64,000 bases of DNA from Bacteroidota bacterium (GCA_947476825.1 CANJRV010000001.1:12232-76231), one strand, 5' to 3'. Positions 9,333 through 19,316 are shown, numbered from the stretch's first letter. The notes: a model not told the origin generated them from the letters alone. Program-made: numbers and translations.

Positions 9333-10484
9333 ATGAAAATTGTACTTGTCCATAATGATGTATTGGGTAAAGCATTTATAGAAATGCCATTGTCTATTTA
9401 CAAAAATGATAAAAATTATATTCGTCCATTGAATAAAGATGTGGAAGAAGTTTTTGATAAAACGAAAAATAAATTCTATCGCTACGGCGAATGTGAGCAA
9501 TGGCTTTTAGACGATGGGACTGGAAAATATATAGGACGCCTTGCTGTTTTTGTCTATAAAAAATATGCGCAAGAACAGCCTACTGGTGGTATTGGTTTTT
9601 TTGAATGCGAAGACAATCAACAGGCTGCTAATTTTTTATTGGATGAAGCCAAAAAATGGTTGCAACAAAGAGGGATGGAAGCAATGGATGGTCCTATTAA
9701 TTTTGGTGAACGAGATCGTTGGTGGGGACTTTTAGTGAATGGTTTTGAAGAACCGCTTTATTGCATGAATTATAACCCAGCTTATTACCAAACATTATTC
9801 GAAAATTATGGCTTCAAACCTTACTTCCATCAATTGTGTTTTGGGATGGATGTAAGCACACCATTAAGTGCTAAAATGTTGAAGTGGCATGACTTCTACG
9901 CCAAACATCCTGATTTTACAGTTGAACATATTCGGAAAGATAATATCGAAAAATATGCGGAAGACTTTTCCATTATTTACAATAAAGCTTGGGCAAAACA
10001 TGGCGGTGGAAAAAGCATAGAATTAAAACAAGCGAAATTAATTTTTGCAAAAATGAAACCCGTCATTGATGAAAAAATTACTTGGTTTGTTTATCATAAA
10101 AATGAACCCATAGCAATGTGGGTTAATATCCCTGATTTGAATCAATACTTCAAACATTTTAATGGTAAATTTAGATGGATGCAAAAGCTCCATTTTCTCT
10201 ATTTAAAAATGACTGGTGCATGCAAAAGGTTTGTTGGTGTGGTATATGGCGTAGTACCCGAATGGCAAGGTAAAGGTACCGATGCTTACATGATAGTGGA
10301 GTGCGGAAAAGTAGTGCAGCCAACTCTTCGTTACTTGCAATATGAAATGCAATGGATAGGTGATTTTAATCCAAAAATGGTAAATCTTGCAGCCAATTTA
10401 GAAGCCCATGAAGTGAGGCGATTAACCACTTATCGTTTTTTATTCGACAGAGAAAAAGAATTCAAGCGACATCCTTTCTTATAA
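9333..10484 (+). CDS. GNAT-fold acyltransferase-like protein (conserved Bacteroidota family)
   Basis: The N-terminus ..YKNDKNYIRPLNKDVEEVFDKTKNKF.. and ..MDGPINFGERD.WWGLLV.GF resemble about 385-aa proteins annotated as GNAT family N-acetyltransferase in Flavobacteriia and Sphingobacteriia. This is from recollection only. Confidence 0.6.
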   Translation: MKIVLVHNDVLGKAFIEMPLSIYKNDKNYIRPLNKDVEEVFDKTKNKFYRYGECEQWLLDDGTGKYIGRLAVFVYKKYAQEQPTGGIGFFECEDNQQAANFLLDEAKKWLQQRGMEAMDGPINFGERDRWWGLLVNGFEEPLYCMNYNPAYYQTLFENYGFKPYFHQLCFGMDVSTPLSAKMLKWHDFYAKHPDFTVEHIRKDNIEKYAEDFSIIYNKAWAKHGGGKSIELKQAKLIFAKMKPVIDEKITWFVYHKNEPIAMWVNIPDLNQYFKHFNGKFRWMQKLHFLYLKMTGACKRFVGVVYGVVPEWQGKGTDAYMIVECGKVVQPTLRYLQYEMQWIGDFNPKMVNLAANLEAHEVRRLTTYRFLFDREKEFKRHPFL

Positions 10485-10510
10485 ATTGGCATTGCCATTC
10501 AGACTATTCC

Positions 10511-12388
10511 ATGCAGAAATTAATTAAACATAGTATTACCCTATTTCTATTTTGGTTGCTTGTATTTTTTTGCAATCGATTATTTTTTGTTGTGTACCAA
10601 CTTCCAATTAGTCATAAGATCACACAGAACGCAGATGTCTTTATTGCGTTTGTTGCTGGTTATAAATTAGATTTTGCAACAGCCATTATCTTGCTATTAC
10701 TGCCTTTACTTTTTGTCAATGTATATTTTGTTTTTCAACAAGAAGTTTTCAAAAAAATAGCTTTTCGTATATCCATGTTTTTCTTGTTTCTCTATACCAT
10801 GGTTAGTCTGGGTGATGCAGGATTATATCATGAGTGGAATGCGAAAATAAATATGCAAGCCTTAGCACATTTCAAACATCCCGCAGAAATTGTTCGAACT
10901 GTTTCCAGTGTATTGCTGATTGAATTTGTTGCATTGCTCGCTCTATTTACTTTGCCATATTATTTTTTATATAAAAAGAAAATAGACAATAACCTAGTTG
11001 CTGATGTCGATTCCAGTTTTAAAAAACGATTAATACAAGGCGTTCTATTTTTATTGCTCAGCACTGCAATTGGCGTTATTATTATTCGTGGTGGCATTAG
11101 CAATTTGCCGATGAATCAAAATGCAGCTTACTTTAGTCAGGATGCATTGGCAAATAATATTGCAGTAAATCCACTCTATAGTTTGTTGCAAGACATGACC
11201 ATTACTAAAAATATTCCAGATGAACAAGTATATAAATTTAGAACAAACGAAGAAGCAAAAGCATTGATAGCAGAGGATTTCAGCACCTTAAAAGATAGTA
11301 GCATTTCTATCTTAACTACAAGCAGACCTAATTTATTATTCATACATCTCGAAGGATGGAGTGCCGATAACATGGAAATATTAGGTGGCATCAAAGGCTG
11401 CACGCCACAGTTTGAAAAAATATGTCAAGAAGGACTATTGTTTACAAAAGCTTATGCAGCAGCTTATGTTTCTGACCAAGGAATTCCTGCAGTATTGAGT
11501 GCTTATCCTGCCGTTTCGCGAGTTGCCATCATCAATCAAGTTGGTAAAGTACATAAGCTACCTTGCATCAGTGAAGATCTGATCAAAGAAAAATACAAGT
11601 CCTCTTTTTTATATGGAGGCGATTTAATTTTTGGCAACTTTAGAGGCTATTTTCTAGAAAAAAAATTCAGCAATTTGGTTGAAGTAAAAGATTTAGGAAA
11701 ATATCCGCAAGGCAAATTGGGTGTGCATGATGAATATGGTTATCAAGAATTGCTACAAGAATTATCGACTCGTGACAAGCCATTTTTACAATGTTATTTT
11801 ACCTTAAGTACCCACATGCCTTACGATTATAAAAGCACAGATACTTGGCAATCAACCAAGGAGGATGTTGAAAAAAAATACACAGAATCGATGCACTATG
11901 CCGATATACAATTGGGTAAATTTTTTGAAAAAGCTAAACAACAAACTTGGTATAAAAACACACTGATTGTATTGGTTTCCGATCATAGTCACAATAGCAT
12001 CAAACAACAGAAAAACGAATCCCCTGAAAGACATCACATTCCAATTTTGTTTACTGGTGGCGCTTTGAAACCTGAGTGGCAAAACAAGCAATGGACAAAG
12101 ATTGTTTCTCAAGTCGATATTTTATCTACGATTTATCATCAAATGAATTTGGATGCCAGTGCCTATCCATGGTCGAGAAACATGTTGAATGCAACGACAC
12201 CATCATCGGCTTATTATGTATTTTATGGAGGCATCGGTTATATAAACGACAAAGGCTATTTAGCCTCCATTCAAGATAATCCGTTAATGCCTAGCTACGA
12301 ATTAAAAGATACGTCTCAGCTAAAAAACATGACAAATAAAGCCTTGAGTTTTCAGCAATTAATTTATGAAGATGTGAAAAATAGGTAG
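10511..12388 (+). CDS. LTA-synthase/phosphoglycerol-transferase-type sulfatase-family membrane protein
   Basis: About 5 N-terminal TM helices are followed by an alkaline-phosphatase/sulfatase domain (LLFIHLEGWSADN, TLSTHMPY, LVSDHS). Confidence 0.8.
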   Translation: MQKLIKHSITLFLFWLLVFFCNRLFFVVYQLPISHKITQNADVFIAFVAGYKLDFATAIILLLLPLLFVNVYFVFQQEVFKKIAFRISMFFLFLYTMVSLGDAGLYHEWNAKINMQALAHFKHPAEIVRTVSSVLLIEFVALLALFTLPYYFLYKKKIDNNLVADVDSSFKKRLIQGVLFLLLSTAIGVIIIRGGISNLPMNQNAAYFSQDALANNIAVNPLYSLLQDMTITKNIPDEQVYKFRTNEEAKALIAEDFSTLKDSSISILTTSRPNLLFIHLEGWSADNMEILGGIKGCTPQFEKICQEGLLFTKAYAAAYVSDQGIPAVLSAYPAVSRVAIINQVGKVHKLPCISEDLIKEKYKSSFLYGGDLIFGNFRGYFLEKKFSNLVEVKDLGKYPQGKLGVHDEYGYQELLQELSTRDKPFLQCYFTLSTHMPYDYKSTDTWQSTKEDVEKKYTESMHYADIQLGKFFEKAKQQTWYKNTLIVLVSDHSHNSIKQQKNESPERHHIPILFTGGALKPEWQNKQWTKIVSQVDILSTIYHQMNLDASAYPWSRNMLNATTPSSAYYVFYGGIGYINDKGYLASIQDNPLMPSYELKDTSQLKNMTNKALSFQQLIYEDVKNR

Positions 12389-12428
12389 CCACGTAGCATT
12401 ATTTTTTTTCAAAAAATGCACTACGTGG
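12389..12428. terminator. Palindromic element C, copy H1 (putative bidirectional terminator)
   Basis: ccacgtagcattattttttttcaaaaaatgcactacgtgg, with 8-bp GC-containing outer stems plus an A/T inner stem, between convergent genes. Confidence 0.5.
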
Positions 12429-12432
12429 TTGC

Positions 12433-12472
12433 CCTGTAGCAGAATTTTTTTTTCAAAAAATCTCGCTACAGG
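12433..12472. terminator. Palindromic element C, copy H2
   Basis: cctgtagcagaatttttttttcaaaaaatctcgctacagg. It is the same 40-nt length and has the same t(8-9)-c-a6-t core as H1, with different but self-complementary arms. It overlaps the last 7 codons of the methyltransferase gene. Confidence 0.5.
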
Positions 12473-13331
12473 ATTTCATCACCAAAGAATAAACCATCGG
12501 CAATTTATTGCCAATATGTTTGATGACAAAACGAGATGGCGAAATTTCTTCAAGATCTTGAAAGCAAGAATAAGGTGAATAATCATATTCCTGAAAATCT
12601 ATTAACTGTAATTGATGCTTCATGAGATTGCCTATTACTTCACCCAAACTATGGTTCCATGAAATCGTTTCTATTTCAATGCTCGCTTCTTTATCCGCAT
12701 AAGTCCCTTTTTCTATTTCAACAATTGCTTCTGTATTGAAATAATTATACGCAATATGTTTGAAATGATTATCATACATCCAAACCACCGGGTGAAATTC
12801 TACAAAAACAAATTGCCCTTGTGGTTTTAAAAAATGAGCAATTACGGAAGCCCATTTATCCATATCCGGTAGCCATCCTATAGTACCATAAGAAGTAAAA
12901 ACGATATCAAATTGTTCCTGCAAATGTTGCGGCAATGTATAGATATCACAACAAATAAATTTGGCATTCAATCCTAATTCTTGATTTGTTTTTTGCGCAA
13001 ATGCAATGGCTTTGTCTGAAAAGTCGATTCCCGTAACATCAGCACCCATGCGGGCTAGCGACAAGGTATCTTGACCAAAGTGACATTGTAAATGCAATAT
13101 TTTTTTGCCTGCAATATTACCAAGCAAAGCCAATTCAATTTCTTTAAGGGAGGTTTTACCTTCTAAAAAATCAGTATGATGATAAAATTCTGAATCGACA
13201 TGAATGCTTGTTTTTTCATTCCAAGCATGTTTATTTTTAGCAATATAATCCTTGTCAGTATTTCCTTCCAATTTAAAAAATTTAGGCTGCTTTCTTTTTT
13301 CTTTTTTCAGCGTGCGCCATGGCAGCTTCAC
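12453..13331 (-). CDS. Class I SAM-dependent methyltransferase
   Basis: [28 protein letters not shown] is the SAM motif I region. ATG 13331 overlaps the paaA 3' end by 50 nt. An in-frame TTG at 13271 would remove the overlap and fits homologues beginning near ..DYI.KNK.AWNEKT. Confidence 0.8.
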   Translation of the reverse strand: MKLPWRTLKKEKRKQPKFFKLEGNTDKDYIAKNKHAWNEKTSIHVDSEFYHHTDFLEGKTSLKEIELALLGNIAGKKILHLQCHFGQDTLSLARMGADVTGIDFSDKAIAFAQKTNQELGLNAKFICCDIYTLPQHLQEQFDIVFTSYGTIGWLPDMDKWASVIAHFLKPQGQFVFVEFHPVVWMYDNHFKHIAYNYFNTEAIVEIEKGTYADKEASIEIETISWNHSLGEVIGNLMKHQLQLIDFQEYDYSPYSCFQDLEEISPSRFVIKHIGNKLPMVYSLVMKSCSEIF

Positions 13332-14211
13332 GAACCCATTCGCCTTCGTTCCATGCTTTTACACGTGCTTCTAATCTTTGTTTATTACAGGGTCCATTGC
13401 CTTTGACTACATTCCAAAATTCAGTCCAATCAATTTCACCAAAATCATAATGACCTCTTTCTTCATTCCATTTTAATTTATCATCTGGCAATGTGACACC
13501 CAATATACGAGCTTGATCCACAGTTGCATCTACAAACCGTTGACGCAAATCATCATTCGACTGGCGTTTAATTTTCCATAAGATACTTTTTTCTGAATTG
13601 GTACTTTCACTATCCGACGGACCAAACATCATGATAGAAGGCCACCACCAACGATTCACTGCTTCTTGTAACATTTTTTGTTGGGCAGCAGAACCTTTAC
13701 TCAATGCCAATAATGATTCATAACCTTGGCGTTGATGGAAACTTTCTTCTTTACAAATTTTCACCATAGCGCGTGCATAAGGACCGTAAGAGGTGCGGCA
13801 CAACATGACTTGATTCATGATTGCTGCACCATCAACTAACCAACCGATAGCACCAATATCGGCCCAAGTCAAGGTTGGATAATTAAATATAGAAGAATAT
13901 TTCGCTTTGCCTGTATGCAATTGATCAAAGAGTTGATCGCGAGTAATACCTAAAGTTTCGGCAGCAGAATATAAGTACAAACCATGCCCAGCTTCATCTT
14001 GCACTTTAGATATTAAAATTAGTTTTCGACGCAAATTAGGTGCACGTGTTATCCAATTTCCTTCGGGCAACATGCCAACAATTTCACTATGCGCATGTTG
14101 GGATATTTGCCGAATTAAAGTTTTTCTGTATTCATCAGGCATCCAATCTCGAGCTTCAATTTTTATTTCTGCATCTACGCGTTGTTGAAATAGAGTTTCT
14201 GGAGAAGTCAT
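13282..14211 (-). CDS. paaA: 1,2-phenylacetyl-CoA epoxidase catalytic subunit PaaA
   Basis: Near-colinear with E. coli PaaA as I recall it ([48 protein letters not shown]). The start is taken at MTSPETLF (14211). Confidence 0.9.
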   Translation of the reverse strand: MTSPETLFQQRVDAEIKIEARDWMPDEYRKTLIRQISQHAHSEIVGMLPEGNWITRAPNLRRKLILISKVQDEAGHGLYLYSAAETLGITRDQLFDQLHTGKAKYSSIFNYPTLTWADIGAIGWLVDGAAIMNQVMLCRTSYGPYARAMVKICKEESFHQRQGYESLLALSKGSAAQQKMLQEAVNRWWWPSIMMFGPSDSESTNSEKSILWKIKRQSNDDLRQRFVDATVDQARILGVTLPDDKLKWNEERGHYDFGEIDWTEFWNVVKGNGPCNKQRLEARVKAWNEGEWVREAAMAHAEKRKKKAA

Positions 14212-14325
14212 GGTTATGTATTTTAAGATTGGACGAAAATAAATAAAAAATGCTGAACTCAACTATTTTCATGTTGAAGTAATTGACCAATAGGTAGAAT
14301 AATTTTTTTTCAATCGCATGGTACT

Positions 14326-14333
14326 TATATTTG
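14326..14333 (+). promoter_or_regulatory. -7 box TATATTTG
   Basis: Exact TAnnTTTG, 22 nt before ATG 14355. It overlaps the track's TTG at 14331. Confidence 0.4.
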
Positions 14334-14354
14334 TCTTCAATAAAACCCGTTATT

Positions 14355-15281
14355 ATGAAAAATTTGCTTTTTGCTTATACCCTTTTTATTTCATTCATTA
14401 CACAAAATTGTTTAGCCCAACAAGATACACTATTCATTAATGCGCAGGGCAATAGGAGCACAAAAGACAGTTCGATTTATTATACTGTATTTGAAAAAAT
14501 AAATGATACAAGTTATACAGTCTCTTCCTTTTACAAAAATCAAAAACGACGTATGCTTGCTCATTTAGCAAGTACAAATTTGAGTGTAATGAGCGGTGAT
14601 GCTTTATTTTACGATAGTTTGGGGCATGTGCTGCACTGCGGTAAATATGAAAAAGGTTATGCCATTGGTGAATGGAAATATTATTACCTAGGTACCAATA
14701 GCTTAAAAGAAAAGCGACTGTACAAAAATCATGATGAATATTGCGTACAATTTTTTGATTCGATTACACATCATGTTGAAGAGGAAGGTTGTATGGATTT
14801 GTACCAAAAGAAAACAGAAAGTTGGATGACTTATTTTTACCATTCTGATTTGATCAAGAAGCGTTCAAATTATGTGTTGGGAAAGCATGAAGGTGAGCAA
14901 ATTGAATATTATAAAAATGGTAAGATTAAACGTAGAGAAATTTTTAAGCACAATAGATGTAAAAAAGGATGGCAATTTGATGAATATGGAAAGAAAATAA
15001 AATACACACCTGCATTCACCTATCCAAAATCATCCACATCGGTTTATTATTATTTGAAAAAAAAGAATAGCTGTATACTTAACTTACTAGGTAAAGGTGA
15101 ATTATTAATTACGTTTATTCTATCCAAAGATGGTAAAGTAAAAAACGTAGAACTCCCTACTATTCAAGCTTGTAGCTGCAAAGAAGACATTATTTTATCC
15201 ATTGTAAACATGAAAAAATGGAAACCTGCAAAAAGAGAAGGTGAAGCGATTGATTTCAATATGGAGATCCACCTTCATTAA
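14355..15281 (+). CDS. Secreted protein with MORN-variant (YwqK-like) repeats and a TonB-C-like C-terminal domain
   Basis: Signal peptide MKNLLFAYTLFISFITQNCLAQQ. Repeats are GEWKYYY.. and GEQIEYYKNGKIKRREIF. The C-terminus ..KDGKVKNVEL....W.PAKREGEAIDF is TonB_C-like. Confidence 0.55.
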   Translation: MKNLLFAYTLFISFITQNCLAQQDTLFINAQGNRSTKDSSIYYTVFEKINDTSYTVSSFYKNQKRRMLAHLASTNLSVMSGDALFYDSLGHVLHCGKYEKGYAIGEWKYYYLGTNSLKEKRLYKNHDEYCVQFFDSITHHVEEEGCMDLYQKKTESWMTYFYHSDLIKKRSNYVLGKHEGEQIEYYKNGKIKRREIFKHNRCKKGWQFDEYGKKIKYTPAFTYPKSSTSVYYYLKKKNSCILNLLGKGELLITFILSKDGKVKNVELPTIQACSCKEDIILSIVNMKKWKPAKREGEAIDFNMEIHLH

Positions 15282-15363
15282 TGGATTATTGGATAAATGT
15301 TTGGATGAATAGCGGTTCACGAGCGGCGAACATAATAGTATTGCTATTTCCATAATGCTTTAA

Positions 15364-15371
15364 TACCTTTG
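15364..15371 (+). promoter_or_regulatory. -7 box TACCTTTG of the sdh operon (a possible -33 attg at 15340-15343)
   Basis: Exact TAnnTTTG, 26 nt before the sdhC ATG. The TTG lies 20 nt upstream. Confidence 0.45.
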
Positions 15372-15396
15372 CGCCCACTATAATTTTATTTTAAAC

Positions 15397-16065
15397 ATGA
15401 CTTGGAAAGAATATTTTACCTCTTCGATTGGCAAAAAACTTGTAATGGCTTTTACAGGTATCTTCTTAATCTTATTTTTGATTGTACACTCAGTCGCTAA
15501 TAGTTGCATTTTTTTAAATGACAGTGGAGAAACCTATAATGCAGTGGCTCACTTTTTAAGTCATAACTGGATTGTACGCTTTTTAGAAATAGGATTGTTT
15601 GTTGGGCTTTTCGCTCATATCATTCAAGGAATAATGCTAACCTTAGCTAATAACAGTAAGCGTCCGATAAAATATGCAGTCAATGCCGGCAATGCAACCA
15701 GCAAATGGTATAGCCGTAGCATGGGCATTTTGGGAAGTTTACTTCTCATATTCTTAGTTATTCATTTAAAAGATTTCTTTATTGGAACTAAAATAGCTTT
15801 GTACAGTGGCGATGCTCCTCACAATTTGTTTGAAGAAATGAAAGAGGAATTTAGCAACCCAATTGTAGTAGGTGTTTATGTTTTTGGCGTTATAGCACTT
15901 TGTTGGCATTTGATTCATGGATTTTCTAGTGCCTTTCAAACCATTGGTATTAATAGTCCTAAATATAATCCTCTGATCAAAACTGCAGGCATTGTATACA
16001 GCTTATTAGTTTGTATTGCATTTGCAATGATGCCTATTGCCTTTTATTTAGGCTGGATCAGTTAA
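15397..16065 (+). CDS. sdhC: Succinate dehydrogenase/fumarate reductase cytochrome b subunit (b558 type)
   Basis: 222 aa with 5 TM helices and conserved His residues, immediately upstream of sdhA. This is the typical Bacteroidota sdhCAB order. Confidence 0.85.
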   Translation: MTWKEYFTSSIGKKLVMAFTGIFLILFLIVHSVANSCIFLNDSGETYNAVAHFLSHNWIVRFLEIGLFVGLFAHIIQGIMLTLANNSKRPIKYAVNAGNATSKWYSRSMGILGSLLLIFLVIHLKDFFIGTKIALYSGDAPHNLFEEMKEEFSNPIVVGVYVFGVIALCWHLIHGFSSAFQTIGINSPKYNPLIKTAGIVYSLLVCIAFAMMPIAFYLGWIS

Positions 16066-16096
16066 TCTTTTCAAATTCTCAAATTCTCAAATTAGT
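16066..16096 (+). repeat. Tandem octamer caaattct x2.75 in the sdhC-sdhA spacer
   Basis: tcttttcaaattctcaaattctcaaattagt fills the whole spacer. Confidence 0.7.
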
Positions 16097-18070
16097 ATGA
16101 TTAATAATAGAATACCTGCTGGTGAATTAGCTCAAAAATGGAGCACTTACAAGAGCACCTGTAAATTGGTAAACCCAGCCAACAAACGTAGCATTGATAT
16201 TATTGTTGTAGGCACTGGTTTGGCTGGAGCTTCCGCTGCTGCTACTTTAGCCGAATTAGGTTATAATGTAAAAACTTTTTGTTTTCAAGATAGCGGACGT
16301 CGAGCACACTCCATTGCAGCTCAAGGAGGAATTAATGCTGCTAAAAATTATCAAAATGATGGCGACAGTGTGTATCGTTTGTTTTATGATACCATTAAGG
16401 GTGGCGATTATCGTGCTCGTGAAGCTAATGTGCATCGCCTTGCAGAAGTAAGTGGAAATATTATCGATCAATGTGTAGCACAAGGTGTTCCATTTGCAAG
16501 AGAGTATGGTGGATTATTAAGTAATCGTTCATTTGGTGGAACACAAGTACAACGCACCTTCTACGCTGCTGGACAAACAGGTCAACAACTATTATTAGGT
16601 GCTTACTCAGCGCAAATGCGTCAAGTATCTATTGGTGCTATTAAAGAATATAATCGTCATGAAATGCTAGATGTAGTAGTCATTGACGGAAAAGCACGTG
16701 GCATTATTGCTCGTAATTTAGTAACTGGTGAAATTGAACGTCATGGTGCACATGCCGTTTTACTTTGCACTGGTGGTTATGGAAATGTATTTTTCTTGTC
16801 TACTAATGCCATGGGAAGCAATGTGACTGCGGCTTGGAAGGCGCATAAAAAAGGTGCTTATTTTGGTAATCCTTGTTTTACACAAATTCATCCAACTTGC
16901 ATTCCTGTAAGTGGAGACCATCAAAGTAAATTGACATTAATGTCTGAATCCTTACGTAATGATGGTAGAATTTGGGTACCTAAAAAACAAGGAGATTCTA
17001 GAAAGGCTTATGACATTCCAGAAGAAGAAAGAGATTATTATTTAGAACGTCGTTATCCAGCATTTGGAAATTTAGTACCACGTGATGTGGCTAGTCGTGC
17101 TGCGAAAGAGCGTTGTGACGCTGGATATGGCGTTGGAACAAGTAAAATGGCTGTATATCTAGATTTCGCTTCAGCTATTGAACGTTATGGCAAAATTGAA
17201 GCTACAAAACAAGGTATTCACAATGCTTCCAAAGAAGAGATTATAAAAATGGGCAAGGGTGTTGTCAAAGAAAAATATGGCAACCTCTTCGATATGTATG
17301 CAAAAATTACTGGCGAAGATCCTTATTCAATCCCAATGCGAATTTACCCTGCGGTGCATTATACCATGGGTGGACTTTGGGTTGATTATGAATTGATGAC
17401 TTCTGTGCCAGGGCTATATGCTTTGGGAGAAGCAAACTTCAGTGATCATGGTGCAAACCGTTTAGGTGCAAGTGCTTTGATGCAAGGATTAGCAGATGGT
17501 TATTTTGTAATACCATACACCATTGGAAACTATTTAGCAGATGAAATTCGCACACCAAAAATTGATACCAAACAAAAAGCATTTGATGATGCAGAAAAAA
17601 TAGTGAAAGACAGAATAGCTCATTTCATGAATGTGAAAGGAACAAAATCAGTGGACTATTTTCATAAAGCATTAGGAAAAATAATGTGGGATAAATGTGG
17701 TATGGCTCGTAATGCAGCAGGTTTGAAACAAGCAATACAAGAAATAAGAACATTACGTGAAGAGTTTTGGAAAGATGTGCGAGTGCCTGGAACAGCGGAT
17801 AGCCTTAACCCAGAATTAGATAAGGCTGGTCGTGTTGCAGACTTTTTAGAATTAGGTGAATTAATGTGTATAGATGCATTAAACAGAGAAGAGAGTTGTG
17901 GTGGACATTTCAGAGAAGAACACCAAACTGAAGATGGCGAAGCATTACGAAATGATGAAAACTTTATGTATGTAGCTTGCTGGGAAAATATAGGCAATAA
18001 CGAATGGCAATTGAATAAAGAAGATTTGGTGTATGATGTGATACATCCTAGCCAGAGGAATTATAAATAA
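16097..18070 (+). CDS. sdhA: Succinate dehydrogenase/fumarate reductase flavoprotein subunit
   Basis: FAD motif [12 protein letters not shown], covalent-FAD His in [14 protein letters not shown], and HYTMGG. Confidence 0.95.
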   Translation: MINNRIPAGELAQKWSTYKSTCKLVNPANKRSIDIIVVGTGLAGASAAATLAELGYNVKTFCFQDSGRRAHSIAAQGGINAAKNYQNDGDSVYRLFYDTIKGGDYRAREANVHRLAEVSGNIIDQCVAQGVPFAREYGGLLSNRSFGGTQVQRTFYAAGQTGQQLLLGAYSAQMRQVSIGAIKEYNRHEMLDVVVIDGKARGIIARNLVTGEIERHGAHAVLLCTGGYGNVFFLSTNAMGSNVTAAWKAHKKGAYFGNPCFTQIHPTCIPVSGDHQSKLTLMSESLRNDGRIWVPKKQGDSRKAYDIPEEERDYYLERRYPAFGNLVPRDVASRAAKERCDAGYGVGTSKMAVYLDFASAIERYGKIEATKQGIHNASKEEIIKMGKGVVKEKYGNLFDMYAKITGEDPYSIPMRIYPAVHYTMGGLWVDYELMTSVPGLYALGEANFSDHGANRLGASALMQGLADGYFVIPYTIGNYLADEIRTPKIDTKQKAFDDAEKIVKDRIAHFMNVKGTKSVDYFHKALGKIMWDKCGMARNAAGLKQAIQEIRTLREEFWKDVRVPGTADSLNPELDKAGRVADFLELGELMCIDALNREESCGGHFREEHQTEDGEALRNDENFMYVACWENIGNNEWQLNKEDLVYDVIHPSQRNYK

Positions 18071-18071
18071 T

Positions 18072-18103
18072 TAGCAAATTAGCAGATATGCCAATTCGCA
18101 AAT
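18072..18103 (+). repeat. Left inverted-repeat arm (two 16-nt units) flanking the four-helix-bundle gene
   Basis: tagcaaattagcagat + atgccaattcgcaaat. These are complementary at 15/16 and 12/16 positions to the unit atctgctaattggcta on the other side. Confidence 0.8.
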
Positions 18104-18128
18104 TGAAAAACAGATAGATTTATAAAAA

Positions 18129-18494
18129 TTGAATAAAAATAAAGACAACTTAATTGTTCAACTAACCTTGCAGTTTGCAAAGAACATTGTTGTTTATTGT
18201 GGCGAATTAGATAAAATAAAAAAATATACTATTTCTAAACAACTTATAAGAAGTGGCACATCAATAGGGGCAAATATTTGGGAAGCACAAAATGCAGAGA
18301 GTAAAAATGATTTTATTCATAAATTAAAAATATCTTTAAAGGAAGCAGAAGAAACCGAATATTGGCTATTAGTTTGTAAGGATTTAGAAGAATTCCCAAA
18401 TTCAGAAAAAATAATTGAGGAACTTCAAAGTATTTTACGAATTTTAAACAAGATTATTGCATCATCAAAAAAAACAATATTAATTAAACAATAA
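18129..18494 (+). CDS. Four-helix-bundle protein (23S rRNA intervening-sequence protein / TIGR02436-like family)
   Basis: 121 aa, all-helical. QLIRSGTSIGANIWEAQNAES..DFIHKLKISLKEAEETEYWL matches the family signature (Q..RS..SI.AN..E......F..K..I...E..ET.YWL). TTG start. Confidence 0.8.
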   Translation: MNKNKDNLIVQLTLQFAKNIVVYCGELDKIKKYTISKQLIRSGTSIGANIWEAQNAESKNDFIHKLKISLKEAEETEYWLLVCKDLEEFPNSEKIIEELQSILRILNKIIASSKKTILIKQ

Positions 18495-18497
18495 AAA

Positions 18498-18529
18498 ATC
18501 TGCTAATTGGCTAATCTGCTAATTGGCTA
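18498..18529 (+). repeat. Right inverted-repeat arm: perfect tandem atctgctaattggcta x2
   Basis: It starts 3 nt after the ORF stop and ends 10 nt before the sdhB ATG. Confidence 0.85.
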
Positions 18530-18539
18530 ATTAAATAAC

Positions 18540-19298
18540 ATGGAACACACAACAATAAATCTCAACCTCAAAGTATGGCGTCAAAAGAACGCTGAAGACA
18601 AAGGTCAATTTGAAAATTACAAAGCGGAAAACATCTCCACCGAAATGTCTTTTTTGGAAATGTTTGATGTGTTAAATGAAAAATTAATTAATGAAGGGCA
18701 AGACCCAGTGGCATTTGATCACGATTGTCGAGAAGGCATTTGTGGCATGTGTAGTATGCATATAAATGGTCGTGCGCATGGACCTTGGAGTGGAACTACC
18801 ACTTGTCAATTACATATGCGTGCTTTCAAAGACGGCGAAACCATTACGGTAGAACCTTGGCGTGCAAAGGCATTTCCTGTATTGAAAGATTTAACTGTAG
18901 ACCGTAGTGCTTTCGATCGCATTCAGCAAGCAGGTGGATATGTGAGCGTAAATACTGGTAACGCACAAGATGGAAATGCACTTCCTATTGATAAGAAAAA
19001 TGCAGATGCCTCTTTCGACGCAGCTATGTGTATTGGTTGTGGTGCTTGTGTAGCAGCTTGTAAAAATTCGAGTGCTATGCTATTCACTTCAGCTAAAGTT
19101 TCGCAATATGCTTTATTACCACAAGGTCAACCAGAACGAACAACTCGTGTAATGAATATGGTAGCGCAAATGGATAAAGAAGGTTTCGGTGCTTGTACTA
19201 ACACAGGAGCATGTGAAGCGGAATGTCCTAAAGAAATTTCAATTTCTAATATTGCTCGTTTGAATAGAGAATATTTAAATGCGCAATTGAGTTTGTAA
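18540..19298 (+). CDS. sdhB: Succinate dehydrogenase/fumarate reductase iron-sulfur subunit
   Basis: Cys clusters [27 protein letters not shown] and [13 protein letters not shown]. Confidence 0.95.
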   Translation: MEHTTINLNLKVWRQKNAEDKGQFENYKAENISTEMSFLEMFDVLNEKLINEGQDPVAFDHDCREGICGMCSMHINGRAHGPWSGTTTCQLHMRAFKDGETITVEPWRAKAFPVLKDLTVDRSAFDRIQQAGGYVSVNTGNAQDGNALPIDKKNADASFDAAMCIGCGACVAACKNSSAMLFTSAKVSQYALLPQGQPERTTRVMNMVAQMDKEGFGACTNTGACEAECPKEISISNIARLNREYLNAQLSL

Positions 19299-19316
19299 TT
19301 TTCGTTGCAAACAACT

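Noticed and set aside
15321-15360. Possible degenerate or truncated copy of repeat A (gagcggcgaaca...gctatttcc..ataatgc)
   Set aside because: Only the first 11 nt match well, the central hairpin is absent, and the rest aligns poorly. This is more likely chance plus the sdh promoter region.
18498-18529. CRISPR-like direct repeats
   Set aside because: There are only two abutting 16-nt units with no spacers. They are better explained as one arm of the inverted repeat around the four-helix-bundle gene.
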